Part shown: one piece after another, positions 21,387-32,397 of the stretch
Numbering within the stretch: position 1 is the first letter of the stretch
Layout of the letters: every line of letters begins with the position of its first letter
Assembly (NCBI RefSeq): GCF_030384885.1
Contig: NZ_CP128613.1
DNA from: Escherichia coli
GTDB lineage: Bacteria; Pseudomonadota; Gammaproteobacteria; Enterobacterales; Enterobacteriaceae
Direction: 5' to 3' (one strand)
DNA length: 64,000 nt
Program-made: the position numbers and the translations under genes
The notes under the pieces: generated by a model
Seen by the model: only the letters and a program-made list of their open reading frames with translations
The model's database searches: none
What the model was told of the DNA's origin: nothing

Positions 21387-22305
21387 CACGTTATTAACGT
21401 TACGCGACGTCCATATCAATTTCCCGGCCCGAAAAAACTGGCTTGGTAAAACTACGGAACATGTTCATGCCATCAATGGTATTGATTTACAGATCCGTCG
21501 TGGTGAAACCTTAGGGATCGTCGGTGAGTCAGGCTGCGGCAAAAGCACCCTCGCGCAGCTTTTAATGGGTATGCTGCAACCGAGCCACGGGCAGTACATC
21601 CGTTCAGGATCACAACGCATTATGCAGATGGTGTTTCAGGACCCGCTCTCTTCGCTTAATCCGCGCTTACCGGTGTGGCGCATCATCACGGAACCGCTCT
21701 GGATTGCTAAGCGTAGTAGTGAACAACAGCGGCGAGCGTTGGCAGAGGAGCTGGCTGTGCAGGTGGGTATTCGTCCGGAGTATCTCGACCGCTTGCCTCA
21801 TGCGTTCTCAGGCGGGCAGCGGCAACGTATCGCCATTGCCAGAGCACTCTCTTCGCAGCCTGACGTGATTGTGCTTGATGAGCCCACCTCGGCGCTGGAT
21901 ATCTCCGTGCAGGCGCAGATCCTCAATTTACTGGTAACGCTACAGGAAAATCGCGGGCTGACTTATGTGCTGATTTCACACAATGTCTCGGTGATACGTC
22001 ATATGAGCGATCGGGTGGCGGTGATGTATCTCGGACAGATTGTTGAACTAGGAGACGCGCAACAGGTGCTGACAGCTCCGGCACATCCATACACCAGATT
22101 ATTGCTGGATTCCCTCCCCGCCATTGATAAACCGCTGGAGGAAGAATGGGCATTGCGTAAAACGGAACTACCAGGAAACCGCACGTTGCCGCCGGGCTGT
22201 TTTTTCCGTGAACGTTGCCCTCTGGCAACCCACGGATGTGAAGTCCGGCAATCATTAACAATAAGGGAGGACGGACGTGAGATCCGGTGCTGGCGGGCGC
22301 TGTAG
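21379..22305 (+). CDS. ddpF: ABC transporter ATP-binding protein (308 aa), GTG start
   Basis: Walker A GESGCGKST, signature FSGGQRQR; begins VSDTLLTLRD at GTG 21379, overlapping the ddpD end; ORF-track start 21325 is over-extended. Confidence 0.85.
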   Translation: MSDTLLTLRDVHINFPARKNWLGKTTEHVHAINGIDLQIRRGETLGIVGESGCGKSTLAQLLMGMLQPSHGQYIRSGSQRIMQMVFQDPLSSLNPRLPVWRIITEPLWIAKRSSEQQRRALAEELAVQVGIRPEYLDRLPHAFSGGQRQRIAIARALSSQPDVIVLDEPTSALDISVQAQILNLLVTLQENRGLTYVLISHNVSVIRHMSDRVAVMYLGQIVELGDAQQVLTAPAHPYTRLLLDSLPAIDKPLEEEWALRKTELPGNRTLPPGCFFRERCPLATHGCEVRQSLTIREDGREIRCWRAL

Positions 22306-22342
22306 AGACGCGGCATCCGGCTATTGCATGTCTGTGGAAACG

Positions 22343-23233
22343 TTATGCGTCATAGGTTTTTTTTAACGTTTCCATCAACGCTTGCGCCGCAGTAGAAAGC
22401 TTATGGTGTGACGAACGCAGAACGCCTACCCGTCGCTCAATCACCGGATTATCCAGTTCCAGACACACTGCGCCCAATTCGCTCATCTGCCTGCGGCACA
22501 GTGCAGGCACAGCGCTGCCCCCCAAACCGTTTGCCACCAGCCGCCCAACCGTAACCAGTTGATGGCTTTCCAGCGCCACTTCCAGTTGCGTTCCACTTTG
22601 TGCCAATTCCTCTTCCAGCATCAACCTGACGGCTGACGGTCGCTGGAGGGTGATAAAATCGAGCGTCAGCAAATCCCGCCAGCTCACGCGTTGCCGATTT
22701 GCCAGTCGGGAATCGGCTGGAACAATAGCAACAAACCGATCCACGCCCAGCGGGATAAAATGCAAATGGCCGCAATAGTCAGGTTCAAAGGCAATCCCCA
22801 TCTCCACGCGCCCTTCACTCACCATTTCGATTACCAGCTCATTCACCACATCGTGCACAGTGACGTTAATCCCTGAATAACAATCGCGGAAGGTTTTCAG
22901 CACCGGAGGCAAAACGTTGGCCGCAAATGACGGCATCGCTGCCACTGAGACTTTGCCCCGCCTGAGCGTGAATCGCTGACGCATGGCCTCTTCGGTGTTA
23001 TCCCAGTCAGCCAGCAAAGGCCGTGCCATCGACAATAGCGTTTCCCCCTCCTGGGTTAACGTCACTTTTCGCGTAGTACGCAGCAGTAAAGCGCCCCCTA
23101 AGGCATCTTCCAGTCCTTTAATGGCAAGACTTAGCGCAGGCTGCGACATATTCAGCCGTTCACTGGCATGGGCAAAGTTCAGAGTGTGAGCTACCGCTAA
23201 AAACGCGCGTAACTGTTTGATGCTCATTTTCAT
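22343..23233 (-). CDS. LysR-family transcriptional regulator (296 aa)
   Basis: N-terminal helix-turn-helix of LysR type (MKMSIKQLRAFLAVAHTLNFAHASERL...) plus a substrate-binding domain; transcribed divergently from the CoA-transferase operon. Confidence 0.85.
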   Translation of the reverse strand: MKMSIKQLRAFLAVAHTLNFAHASERLNMSQPALSLAIKGLEDALGGALLLRTTRKVTLTQEGETLLSMARPLLADWDNTEEAMRQRFTLRRGKVSVAAMPSFAANVLPPVLKTFRDCYSGINVTVHDVVNELVIEMVSEGRVEMGIAFEPDYCGHLHFIPLGVDRFVAIVPADSRLANRQRVSWRDLLTLDFITLQRPSAVRLMLEEELAQSGTQLEVALESHQLVTVGRLVANGLGGSAVPALCRRQMSELGAVCLELDNPVIERRVGVLRSSHHKLSTAAQALMETLKKTYDA

Positions 23234-23374
23234 CTGGTATTCCGTTAACTTGTTGAATACATTTAATTAACATTATATTTATAAATAATACAAATGAATG
23301 AGTCACAAATTTAAAATTAACAAATCATTTTTTGCCCTTAATGATGTTGGAAAGGACAACTGGAGGGCAACTGT

Positions 23375-24082
23375 ATGGCTGGGCTGGATAAACGGGTCGC
23401 TACGTATCACGAGGCGCTTGAAGGACTTACCAATGAGATGACGATTCTGGCGGGAGGTTTTGGCCTGTGCGGCATCCCGGAGAATCTGATTGCTGAAGTT
23501 CGCCACCGTGGAGTAACCGCATTGACGGTGGTTTCCAATAACTGTGGCGTAGACGGTTTTGGACTGGGTGTACTGCTGGAAACCCGACAGATCCGTAAAG
23601 TCATCGCTTCTTATGTTGGCGAAAATGCTTTGTTTGAAAAACAGGTGCTTAACGGCGAACTGGAGGCGATTCTCACACCACAAGGAACCCTGGCAGAACA
23701 ACTGCGCGCAGGCGGCGCGGGCATCCCGGCGTTCTTTACTGCCACCGGTTACGGTACACCCGTTGCCGAAGGGAAAGAAGTCCGCGAATTCAACGGTCGC
23801 CCGTACATAATGGAACAGGCTATCACCGGTGATTTTGCCCTGGTCAAAGGCTGGAAAGCCGACTGGTACGGCAACGTGATTTATCGTCATACCGCGCAAA
23901 ACTTCAACCCACTGATGGCGGCTGCCGGAAAAATCACCGTGGTGGAAGTGGAAGAGATTGTGCCGCCTGGTGAACTTGATCCTGCCGCAATCCATACCCC
24001 AGGGATTTTTGTTAATCGCGTCATTCAGGGGCAATTTGAAAAACGCATTGAACAACGCACCCTTAGCCGCAAAGGAGCCTGA
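23375..24082 (+). CDS. 3-oxoacid/acetoacetate CoA-transferase subunit A (235 aa)
   Basis: Family resemblance to AtoD/ScoA ([27 protein letters not shown]); GGAGGG ribosome-binding site. Confidence 0.85.
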   Translation: MAGLDKRVATYHEALEGLTNEMTILAGGFGLCGIPENLIAEVRHRGVTALTVVSNNCGVDGFGLGVLLETRQIRKVIASYVGENALFEKQVLNGELEAILTPQGTLAEQLRAGGAGIPAFFTATGYGTPVAEGKEVREFNGRPYIMEQAITGDFALVKGWKADWYGNVIYRHTAQNFNPLMAAAGKITVVEVEEIVPPGELDPAAIHTPGIFVNRVIQGQFEKRIEQRTLSRKGA

Positions 24083-24084
24083 CC

Positions 24085-24741
24085 ATGTTAACCCGTGAAC
24101 AAATGGCGATGCGAGTCGCCCGCGAATTGCGCGATGGCTATTACGTCAATCTCGGCATTGGTATCCCGACCCTGGTGGCAAACTACATTCCTGACGGGAT
24201 GGATGTGATGTTGCAGTCAGAAAACGGTTTGCTGGGAATGGGCGCATTTCCTACGGAAGATGAACTGGACGCCGACATGATTAACGCCGGTAAACAAACC
24301 GTTACCGCACGGAAAGGCGCGGCAATTTTCGATTCGGCGCAATCTTTCGCCATGATCCGTGGCGGCCATGTGGATCTGACTGTGCTTGGCGCATTTGAAG
24401 TGGATGTGAATGGCAACATTGCCTCATGGATGATCCCCGGCAAGATGGTTAAAGGCATGGGCGGTGCCATGGATCTGGTTGCCGGTGCCGAGAATATTAT
24501 TGTGGTAATGACCCACGCCTCCAAATCCGGCGAATCCAAACTGCTTCCCGACTGTACCCTGCCATTGACTGGCGTCGGCTGCATCAAACGCGTCTTAACC
24601 GACCTTGCTCTGCTGGAAATTGCTGACGGCGCTTTCATTCTGCGCGAGCGCGCGCCGGGAATCAGCGTTGCGGAAATCGTCGCCAAAACCGCCGGTAAGT
24701 TGTTTGTGCCGGAACATGTCCCGGAAATGCAATTCAACTGA
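24085..24741 (+). CDS. 3-oxoacid/acetoacetate CoA-transferase subunit B (218 aa)
   Basis: AtoA/ScoB-like; starts 3 nt after the subunit A stop. Confidence 0.85.
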   Translation: MLTREQMAMRVARELRDGYYVNLGIGIPTLVANYIPDGMDVMLQSENGLLGMGAFPTEDELDADMINAGKQTVTARKGAAIFDSAQSFAMIRGGHVDLTVLGAFEVDVNGNIASWMIPGKMVKGMGGAMDLVAGAENIIVVMTHASKSGESKLLPDCTLPLTGVGCIKRVLTDLALLEIADGAFILRERAPGISVAEIVAKTAGKLFVPEHVPEMQFN

Positions 24742-24750
24742 GGAATCACC

Positions 24751-25956
24751 ATGCAGGACGTTGTTATTGTTGCCGCTACGCGCACGCCGATTGGCTGTTT
24801 TCATGGCGCTCTCGCACCACTTTCTGCGGTTGATCTCGGCGCTGCCACCATCCGTTCATTGCTGGAGAAAACCGCACTTGCAGCAGAACAGATCGATGAA
24901 GTGATTTTTGGTCAGGTCCTGACTGCCGGAAGCGGACAAAACCCAGCACGGCAATCGGCGCTCAAAGCCGGGTTAAGCCACGATACACCCGCCGTTACCA
25001 TCAACCTGGTATGTGGTTCCGGTTTGAAAGCCGTACACCAGGCCGTGCAGGCGATCCGCTGTGGTGATGCACAGATCATTATCGCAGGTGGCCAGGAAAG
25101 CATGAGCAACGCGCCCTATTTTATTGATGGCGCGCGGGCAGGTTTACGCCTCGGGCATACCAGCATGAAAGACAGCGTGGTTCATGACGGACTATGGGAT
25201 GCTTTCAATGATTACCACATGGGCATTACTGCAGAAAACCTGGCGCAAAAATATGCCATCAGTCGCGAGCGCCAGGACACATTCGCGCTACGTTCTCAGC
25301 AAAAAGCCGCTGCCGCAATGGAAGCCTGGCGCTTTGCAGACGAAATTACTCCGGTCAGCGTACCACAAGGTAAAAAACCACCACGCTGGGTAAATACCGA
25401 CGAACAACCACGTTCCGGGACGCAACTGGAAAAACTGGCGCAACTGAAACCGGCCTTTCTTCCGGGGGCAGGAAGCGTCACCGCGGGAAATGCCTCTTCC
25501 ATCAATGATGGTGCCGCCGCAGTCATGTTAATGCGCGCCAGCAAAGCTGCCGAACTTGGCCTCTCTGTGCTGGCTCGGGTGGCCGGTTATGCCGTTTCTG
25601 GCGTCGATCCTGCCTTTATGGGCATCGGTCCGGTCGTCGCTACCCGCGAATGTCTTAAGCGTTGCGGATGGACGCTGGAAGATATTGATCTTATTGAAGC
25701 AAACGAAGCTTTCGCAGCGCAGGCGCTGGCCGTTGGCGACGAACTGAACTGGGATAACGACAAAGTGAATGTTAACGGCGGCGCAATCGCACTTGGGCAT
25801 CCTATTGGCGCTTCTGGTTGCCGCATTCTGGTCACTCTCATTTATGAAATGGCGCGACGTAATGCGCAAAAAGGGCTGGCGACGCTGTGCGTCGGTGGCG
25901 GTCAGGGCGTGGCGCTGACGCTGGAAAGAACCACAGGAGAACACCATGCAAACTGA
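24751..25956 (+). CDS. Acetyl-CoA acetyltransferase (thiolase II, 401 aa)
   Basis: Thiolase signatures, including [17 protein letters not shown] and a C-terminal GGGQG. Confidence 0.88.
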   Translation: MQDVVIVAATRTPIGCFHGALAPLSAVDLGAATIRSLLEKTALAAEQIDEVIFGQVLTAGSGQNPARQSALKAGLSHDTPAVTINLVCGSGLKAVHQAVQAIRCGDAQIIIAGGQESMSNAPYFIDGARAGLRLGHTSMKDSVVHDGLWDAFNDYHMGITAENLAQKYAISRERQDTFALRSQQKAAAAMEAWRFADEITPVSVPQGKKPPRWVNTDEQPRSGTQLEKLAQLKPAFLPGAGSVTAGNASSINDGAAAVMLMRASKAAELGLSVLARVAGYAVSGVDPAFMGIGPVVATRECLKRCGWTLEDIDLIEANEAFAAQALAVGDELNWDNDKVNVNGGAIALGHPIGASGCRILVTLIYEMARRNAQKGLATLCVGGGQGVALTLERTTGEHHAN

Positions 25957-26869
25957 ACAATTTGCGGTACTGGGCGCCGGATTGATGGGCGTGGGGATTG
26001 CCACTCATTTCGCCCGCTTTGGTCATGATATCTGGCTGTACGATACCGAGCAGAGCCGGATTGCTGAAATCCCCGTAGTTGCAGCCGGGATTCTTGATGA
26101 ACTGATTAGCTGCGAACAGTTTACTGCCTCGGGAAAAGAGAATGTGCTTAAACGCCTTCACGGCACGACCTCTCTTGCTGACATCGCCGACTCGCAACTA
26201 CTGATTGAGGCGATCCCGGAGCGGCTTGAACTAAAACACGCATTATATGCCGAGCTTGAAACACTTATTTCTCCTGAGGCCATTGTCGCCAGCAATACCA
26301 GCGGTCTGCCGCCCGATGATCTGGCAGCGAAGATGCGCTACCCGCAACGACTGCTGATCGCCCATTTCTGGCATCCGCCGCACTTCATTCCACTTGTAGA
26401 GATTGTCCCCGGCAGCGTTACCGAGCCAAAGCATTTGCACTGGCTGCAACACTTGCTTGTGTCACTGCAACTGGAAGCTGTGTTGCTGGATCGCGCTGCG
26501 CCAGGATTTGTCGGCAACCGTCTGCAATTTGCACTGTTGCGTGAAGCCCTGCATATCGTAAAAAGCGGCATCGCCAGTGCCGAAGTAGTCGATCAGGTCA
26601 TGCGCGCCTCGCTTGGGCGACGTTATGCCATGGTCGGCCCGCTGGAGGCCGCCGACATGACCGGACTTTCGACGGTGCAGGATATTTGTCGCCATCTTCT
26701 CCCTGAACTGGCGACTGGCAGCGACATGATGTCGTTAGTTGCCGAAAAAGTGGAACGTGGAGACATCGGCGTACGTAGCGGTCAGGGATTTTACCGCTGG
26801 GATGAATCGCGGAAGCAGTACATCCAGCAGCGTCGGGAACATCAGCTTCGCTTCGCCCTGAAACCCTAA
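25946..26869 (+). CDS. 3-hydroxyacyl-CoA (3-hydroxybutyryl-CoA) dehydrogenase (307 aa)
   Basis: N-terminal NAD-binding Rossmann motif [12 protein letters not shown]; overlaps the thiolase gene by 11 nt; AGGAGA ribosome-binding site. Confidence 0.8.
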   Translation: MQTEQFAVLGAGLMGVGIATHFARFGHDIWLYDTEQSRIAEIPVVAAGILDELISCEQFTASGKENVLKRLHGTTSLADIADSQLLIEAIPERLELKHALYAELETLISPEAIVASNTSGLPPDDLAAKMRYPQRLLIAHFWHPPHFIPLVEIVPGSVTEPKHLHWLQHLLVSLQLEAVLLDRAAPGFVGNRLQFALLREALHIVKSGIASAEVVDQVMRASLGRRYAMVGPLEAADMTGLSTVQDICRHLLPELATGSDMMSLVAEKVERGDIGVRSGQGFYRWDESRKQYIQQRREHQLRFALKP

Positions 26870-26914
26870 CTTCTCTCGCTGTACCCACTATAACAACGAT
26901 ATTGAGGAGTCCCG

Positions 26915-28306
26915 ATGAGTGTATTAATCGCCCTTGCCGCGCTTGGGCTGCTAATGCTGGCAGCCTATCGCGGATACAGCGTTATCCTTTTTGCCCCCAT
27001 CGCGGCATTAGGCGCTGTTCTTGTCACCGATCCGGGGGCTGTTGGCCCAGCATTTACCGGTCTGTTCATGGAAAAAATGGTCGGCTTCGTGAAATTGTAC
27101 TTCCCGGTGTTTCTGCTCGGGGCCGTGTTCGGAAAACTGATTGAGCTTTCAGGATTTTCTCGTTCGATTGTCGCTGCTGCAATCAACATTCTCGGGCGGC
27201 GGCATGCGATTCCGGTGATTGTGCTGGTATGCGCATTACTCACCTATGGCGGCGTGTCGCTGTTTGTGGTGGCATTTGCCGTTTATCCGTTCGCGGCTGA
27301 ATTGTTCCGACAGAGTAATATCCCCAAACGGCTTATACCGGCAACGGTGGCCCTCGGAGCATTCTCTTTTACTATGGACGCTCTGCCCGGCACACCTCAA
27401 ATCCAGAACATTATTCCCACCAGTTTCTTTGGCACCAACGCCTGGGCCGCGCCGTGGCTGGGGCTCATTGGTTCACTGTTTATCATTGCCGTCGGGCTTA
27501 TCTATCTGGAGCGACAGCGTCGTAAAGCGCATGCAAAAAATGAAGGTTACGGCACAGAGTTACTTAATGAACCTGAAACGCCAGACAACATCAATTTGCC
27601 GAATCCACTCATTGCGATTTCACCGTTGATTCTGGTGGGGCTGTTGAACTTGTTGTTTACCTGGTGGATCCCTGTTTGGTACGGTGCGAGTCACCAACTG
27701 GAGTTGCCAGGACTTGCCGCCCCGATCACTACAGATGTCGCCAAAATCACCGCTATCTGGGCCGTTGAAGCAGCGCTCATTGCCGGAATTTTGCTGGTGG
27801 TGATTTTCGGATATCGCAATATTCATGGAAGACTGGCAGAAGGAAGCCGTACTGCGGTGGGTGGCGCAATTCTGGCCGCGATGAACACCGCCTCAGAATA
27901 TGGCTTCGGTGCGGTTATCGCCGCTCTGCCCGGTTTTCTGGTGCTCTCAAAGGCGCTGGCTGCCATTCCAGATCCATTACTCAACGAAGCCATCAGCATC
28001 ACCACGCTTGCCGGCATTACCGGTTCAGCGTCCGGCGGGATGAGTATTGCTCTTGCGGCTATGTCCGACACTTTTATTGCCGCTGCGCACGCTGCCAATA
28101 TTCCACTGGAAGTTTTTCACCGCGTGGCATCTATGGCCAGTGGCGGCATGGATACATTGCCCCATAACGGCGCAGTGATCACTCTGCTGGCAATTACTGG
28201 GCTGAGTCACCGTCAGGCTTACGGCGGTATCTTCGCAATTACGATCATTAAAAGTCTGGCCGTGCTGTTTATCATCGGCGTGTACTACACCACCGGCATT
28301 GTCTAA
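26915..28306 (+). CDS. Polytopic permease, GntP-like (463 aa)
   Basis: About 12 predicted transmembrane segments; overall resemblance to the GntP/hydroxy-acid:H+ symporter family; substrate unknown. Confidence 0.6.
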   Translation: MSVLIALAALGLLMLAAYRGYSVILFAPIAALGAVLVTDPGAVGPAFTGLFMEKMVGFVKLYFPVFLLGAVFGKLIELSGFSRSIVAAAINILGRRHAIPVIVLVCALLTYGGVSLFVVAFAVYPFAAELFRQSNIPKRLIPATVALGAFSFTMDALPGTPQIQNIIPTSFFGTNAWAAPWLGLIGSLFIIAVGLIYLERQRRKAHAKNEGYGTELLNEPETPDNINLPNPLIAISPLILVGLLNLLFTWWIPVWYGASHQLELPGLAAPITTDVAKITAIWAVEAALIAGILLVVIFGYRNIHGRLAEGSRTAVGGAILAAMNTASEYGFGAVIAALPGFLVLSKALAAIPDPLLNEAISITTLAGITGSASGGMSIALAAMSDTFIAAAHAANIPLEVFHRVASMASGGMDTLPHNGAVITLLAITGLSHRQAYGGIFAITIIKSLAVLFIIGVYYTTGIV

Positions 28307-28317
28307 GGAGAATCATC

Positions 28318-28695
28318 ATGAATTTACAAGGTAAAACTGCGCTTGTGACGGGGTCCTCCAGCGGTATTGGACTCGGTATTGCTCAGACACTGGCAAAAGC
28401 CGGCGCGCAAGTGATCCTCAACGGCTTCGGTGATGTTGACGCGGCAATCAATGGAGTTTCTCGTGTGGGTAAAACGCCTGGCTATCATGAGGCAGACCTC
28501 AGCGATGAATCGCAAATTGTCAGCATGATGGCCTACGCACGGAGGGAATTTGGCGGTGTGGACATTCTGGTGAATAACGCCGGGATCCAATTGGAGCTGA
28601 CCAAATGGGTGGAAGCTTCTGATAACGACATCCTCAGTGATATCTACCAGCAAACGATCAATTATGTGGTCAGTGGCCAGCACCCTACGCTTTAA
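28318..28695 (+). pseudogene. Chimeric ORF: N-terminal 92 codons of a short-chain dehydrogenase fused in frame to the last 33 codons of bdm
   Basis: N-terminus has the SDR cofactor motif TGSSSGIGLG and NNAG; from about 28594 the protein reads ELTKWVEASDNDILSDIYQQTINYVVSGQHPTL, identical to the remembered Bdm C-terminus; total length 125 aa against about 250 aa for an SDR. Confidence 0.7.
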
Positions 28696-28796
28696 GGTGC
28701 TATGCTTGATCGGCAACCTAATTTAGGGGTTTAGCACGTGTTTCTTCGCTACGGCGATGTTGTCCTTAAAACTAGCAACAGGATTGAGGAGTTAAA

Positions 28797-28934
28797 ATGA
28801 AATCGAACCGTCAGGCACGTCATATTCTTGGACTGGACCATAAAATTTCTAACCAGCGCAAAATAGTTACCGAAGGTGACAAATCCAGCGTGGTAAATAA
28901 CCCAACCGGCAGAAAACGCCCCGCTGAAAAGTAA
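28797..28934 (+). CDS. sra: Stationary-phase ribosome-associated protein Sra (45 aa)
   Basis: [45 protein letters not shown]; below the 60-aa cutoff of the ORF track. Confidence 0.85.
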
Positions 28935-29090
28935 TCTTTAACAATCAGTCCTCAATGACGATTAAACACCATTGCCTGCGCAATGGTGTTTTTGTTTTTA
29001 ACTGCTTTATACTTGGAGCCGACGCCCTGGCGGTAAAGCAAAGACGATAAAAGCACCCCAGGGATGGATATTCAAAAAAGAGTGAGTGAC

Positions 29091-30788
29091 ATGGAACCAA
29101 AAACAAAAAAACAGCGTTCGCTTTATATTCCTTACGCTGGCCCTGTACTGCTGGAATTTCCGTTGTTGAATAAAGGCAGCGCCTTCAGCATGGAAGAACG
29201 CCGTAACTTCAACCTGCTGGGGTTACTGCCGGAAGTGGTCGAAACCATCGAAGAACAAGCGGAACGCGCATGGATCCAGTATCAGGGATTCAAAACCGAA
29301 ATCGACAAACACATCTACCTGCGTAACATCCAGGACACCAACGAAACCCTCTTCTACCGTCTGGTAAACAATCATCTTGATGAGATGATGCCTGTTATTT
29401 ATACCCCAACCGTCGGCGCAGCCTGTGAGCGTTTTTCTGAGATCTACCGCCGTTCACGCGGCGTGTTTATCTCTTACCAGAACCGCCACAATATGGACGA
29501 TATTCTGCAAAACGTGCCGAACCATAATATTAAAGTGATTGTGGTGACTGACGGCGAACGTATTCTGGGGCTTGGTGACCAGGGCATCGGTGGGATGGGT
29601 ATTCCGATCGGTAAACTGTCGCTCTATACCGCCTGCGGCGGCATCAGCCCGGCGTATACACTGCCGGTGGTGCTGGATGTCGGGACGAACAACCAGCAGT
29701 TGCTTAACGACCCGCTGTATATGGGCTGGCGTAATCCACGTATCACTGACGACGAATACTATGAATTCGTGGATGAATTTATCCAGGCTGTGAAGCAACG
29801 CTGGCCGGACGTGTTATTGCAGTTTGAAGATTTTGCACAGAAAAACGCGATGCCGTTGCTTAACCGCTATCGCAATGAAATTTGTTCTTTTAACGATGAT
29901 ATTCAGGGCACCGCGGCGGTAACAGTCGGCACACTGATCGCAGCCAGCCGTGCGGCGGGCGGTCAGTTAAGCGAGAAAAAAATCGTCTTCCTCGGCGCAG
30001 GTTCAGCAGGATGCGGCATTGCGGAGATGATCATCGCCCAGACTCAGCGTGAAGGATTAAGCGAAGAAGCGGCGCGGCAGAAAGTCTTTATGGTCGATCG
30101 CTTTGGTCTGCTGACCGACAAGATGCCGAACCTGCTGCCTTTCCAGACCAAACTGGTGCAGAAGCGCGAAAATCTCAGTGACTGGGATACTGACAGCGAT
30201 GTGCTGTCATTGCTTGATGTGGTGCGCAATGTCAAACCGGATATTCTGATTGGCGTCTCAGGACAGACCGGGCTGTTTACGGAAGAGATCATCCGTGAGA
30301 TGCACAAACACTGTCCGCGTCCGATCGTGATGCCGCTGTCTAACCCGACTTCACGTGTGGAAGCCACACCGCAGGACATTATCGCCTGGACCGAAGGTAA
30401 CGCGCTGGTCGCCACTGGCAGCCCGTTTAATCCAGTGGTATGGAAAGATAAAATCTACCCTATCGCCCAGTGTAATAACGCCTTTATTTTCCCGGGCATC
30501 GGGCTGGGTGTTATTGCTTCCGGCGCGTCACGTATCACCGATGAGATGCTGATGTCGGCAAGCGAAACGCTTGCTCAGTATTCGCCGCTGGTACTGAACG
30601 GCGAAGGTCTGGTACTGCCGGAACTGAAAGATATTCAGAAAGTGTCCCGCGCAATTGCGTTTGCGGTTGGCAAAATGGCGCAGCAGCAAGGCGTGGCGGT
30701 GAAAACGTCTGCCGAAGCTCTGCAACAGGCCATTGATGATAACTTCTGGCAAGCCGAATACCGCGACTACCGCCGTACATCCATCTAA
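29091..30788 (+). CDS. maeA: NAD-dependent malic enzyme (565 aa)
   Basis: Begins [19 protein letters not shown]; an alternative in-frame ATG lies 9 codons upstream at 29064 (ORF-track start). Confidence 0.9.
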   Translation: MEPKTKKQRSLYIPYAGPVLLEFPLLNKGSAFSMEERRNFNLLGLLPEVVETIEEQAERAWIQYQGFKTEIDKHIYLRNIQDTNETLFYRLVNNHLDEMMPVIYTPTVGAACERFSEIYRRSRGVFISYQNRHNMDDILQNVPNHNIKVIVVTDGERILGLGDQGIGGMGIPIGKLSLYTACGGISPAYTLPVVLDVGTNNQQLLNDPLYMGWRNPRITDDEYYEFVDEFIQAVKQRWPDVLLQFEDFAQKNAMPLLNRYRNEICSFNDDIQGTAAVTVGTLIAASRAAGGQLSEKKIVFLGAGSAGCGIAEMIIAQTQREGLSEEAARQKVFMVDRFGLLTDKMPNLLPFQTKLVQKRENLSDWDTDSDVLSLLDVVRNVKPDILIGVSGQTGLFTEEIIREMHKHCPRPIVMPLSNPTSRVEATPQDIIAWTEGNALVATGSPFNPVVWKDKIYPIAQCNNAFIFPGIGLGVIASGASRITDEMLMSASETLAQYSPLVLNGEGLVLPELKDIQKVSRAIAFAVGKMAQQQGVAVKTSAEALQQAIDDNFWQAEYRDYRRTSI

Positions 30789-30922
30789 GCCTGCGCCCGG
30801 TAGTGACTGCTACCGGGCAATTTTCCTCTTCCTTTTTCAGATCTCATCCATACTGGGTAGTGGCGAATAAATCTCATTTGCCTCACCTGCTATGCAGAAC
30901 ATCATCCGAAAAGGAGGAAACT

Positions 30923-31933
30923 ATGAAGGCTGCAGTTGTTACGAAGGATCATCATGTTGACGTTACGGATAAAACACTGCGCTCACTGAAACATGGCGAA
31001 GCCCTGCTGAAAATGGAGTGTTGTGGCGTATGTCATACCGATCTTCATGTTAAGAATGGCGATTTTGGTGATAAAACCGGCGTGATTCTGGGCCATGAAG
31101 GCATCGGTGTGGTGGCAGAAGTTGGCCCCGGCGTTACCTCATTAAAACCAGGCGATCGCGCCAGCGTGGCGTGGTTTTACGAAGGATGCGGTCATTGCGA
31201 ATACTGTAACAGCGGTAACGAAACGCTCTGCCGTTCAGTAAAAAATGCCGGATACAGCGTTGATGGCGGCATGGCGGAAGAGTGCATCGTGGTCGCCGAT
31301 TACGCGGTTAAAGTGCCGGATGGCCTGGACTCGGCGGCGGCCAGCAGCATCACCTGTGCGGGCGTCACCACCTACAAAGCAGTAAAACTGTCAAAAATTC
31401 GTCCAGGACAGTGGATTGCTATCTACGGTCTTGGCGGTCTGGGTAATCTCGCCCTGCAATACGCGAAGAATGTCTTTAACGCCAAAGTGATCGCCATTGA
31501 TGTCAATGATGAGCAGTTGAAACTGGCAACCGAAATGGGTGCAGATTTAGCGATTAACTCACGCACCGAAGACGCCGCCAAAATTGTGCAGGAAAAAACC
31601 GGTGGCGCTCACGCAGCGGTGGTGACCGCGGTAGCTAAAGCTGCGTTTAACTCAGCGGTCGATGCCGTTCGTGCAGGCGGTCGTGTTGTGGCTGTCGGTC
31701 TGCCGCCGGAGTCTATGAGCCTGGACATCCCACGGCTGGTGCTGGATGGTATTGAAGTGGTCGGTTCGCTAGTCGGCACGCGCCAGGATCTAACCGAAGC
31801 CTTCCAGTTTGCCGCCGAAGGCAAAGTGGTGCCGAAAGTCGCCCTGCGTCCGTTAGCGGACATCAACACCATCTTTACTGAGATGGAAGAAGGCAAAATC
31901 CGTGGCCGTATGGTGATTGATTTCCGCCGCTAA
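30923..31933 (+). CDS. adhP: Zinc-dependent alcohol dehydrogenase (336 aa)
   Basis: Begins [11 protein letters not shown]; zinc ligands GHEGIG and CxxCxxC; AGGAAA spacing to the ATG; ORF-track start 30803 is over-extended. Confidence 0.9.
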   Translation: MKAAVVTKDHHVDVTDKTLRSLKHGEALLKMECCGVCHTDLHVKNGDFGDKTGVILGHEGIGVVAEVGPGVTSLKPGDRASVAWFYEGCGHCEYCNSGNETLCRSVKNAGYSVDGGMAEECIVVADYAVKVPDGLDSAAASSITCAGVTTYKAVKLSKIRPGQWIAIYGLGGLGNLALQYAKNVFNAKVIAIDVNDEQLKLATEMGADLAINSRTEDAAKIVQEKTGGAHAAVVTAVAKAAFNSAVDAVRAGGRVVAVGLPPESMSLDIPRLVLDGIEVVGSLVGTRQDLTEAFQFAAEGKVVPKVALRPLADINTIFTEMEEGKIRGRMVIDFRR

Positions 31934-31941
31934 GAAGCCTT

Positions 31942-31977
31942 TGCTGCGACTGCCATGTTCGGGTCGCAGCCTGTTTT
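31942..31977 (+). terminator. Rho-independent terminator after adhP
   Basis: GCTGCGAC ... GTCGCAGC stem followed by CTGTTTT. Confidence 0.55.
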
Positions 31978-32118
31978 GCGAGACGCTTTCCGCAATTTCA
32001 CTCTTCTTCTTTTCCTCCCCCATCTTTCCCCTCACAATTCGCGAAAACGTAGCGAAATTTGTTGCGCTGCACGGAACAATAGTGATAGTGTTCCTTTCGA
32101 GGGAACAAGGATGAAGAG

Positions 32119-32397
32119 ATGATAATGAATTTCAGACACAAGGGATTGCGTGACTTGTTTCTTCTCGGCAAAACCTCCGGCGTTATACCGACGCAAATCA
32201 AACGATTACGCCACCGACTCGCTGTGATTGATGCAGCAAGCTGTCTTGCTGATATCGATATGCCCGGCTACCGACTACACCCGTTAAGCGGCGATCGTGA
32301 TGGAATTTGGGCGATATCTGTCTCGGGCAACTGGCGAATCACATTTGAATTCGTCAATGGCGATGCATACATACTGGATTACGAGGACTATCACTGA
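32119..32397 (+). CDS. HigB/RelE-family toxin (about 90 aa)
   Basis: Small basic protein; [13 protein letters not shown]-terminus is typical of HigB-like killer proteins; the true start may be ATG 32125; its stop overlaps the antitoxin start (ATGA). Confidence 0.65.

Noticed and set aside
23303-24055. 250-aa minus-strand ORF
   Set aside because: Antisense to the CoA-transferase subunit A gene, whose protein shows clear family similarity
22343-28695. Canonical atoDAEB operon
   Set aside because: No atoE-like transporter or atoSC two-component system; the regulator is LysR type and additional dehydrogenase genes are present
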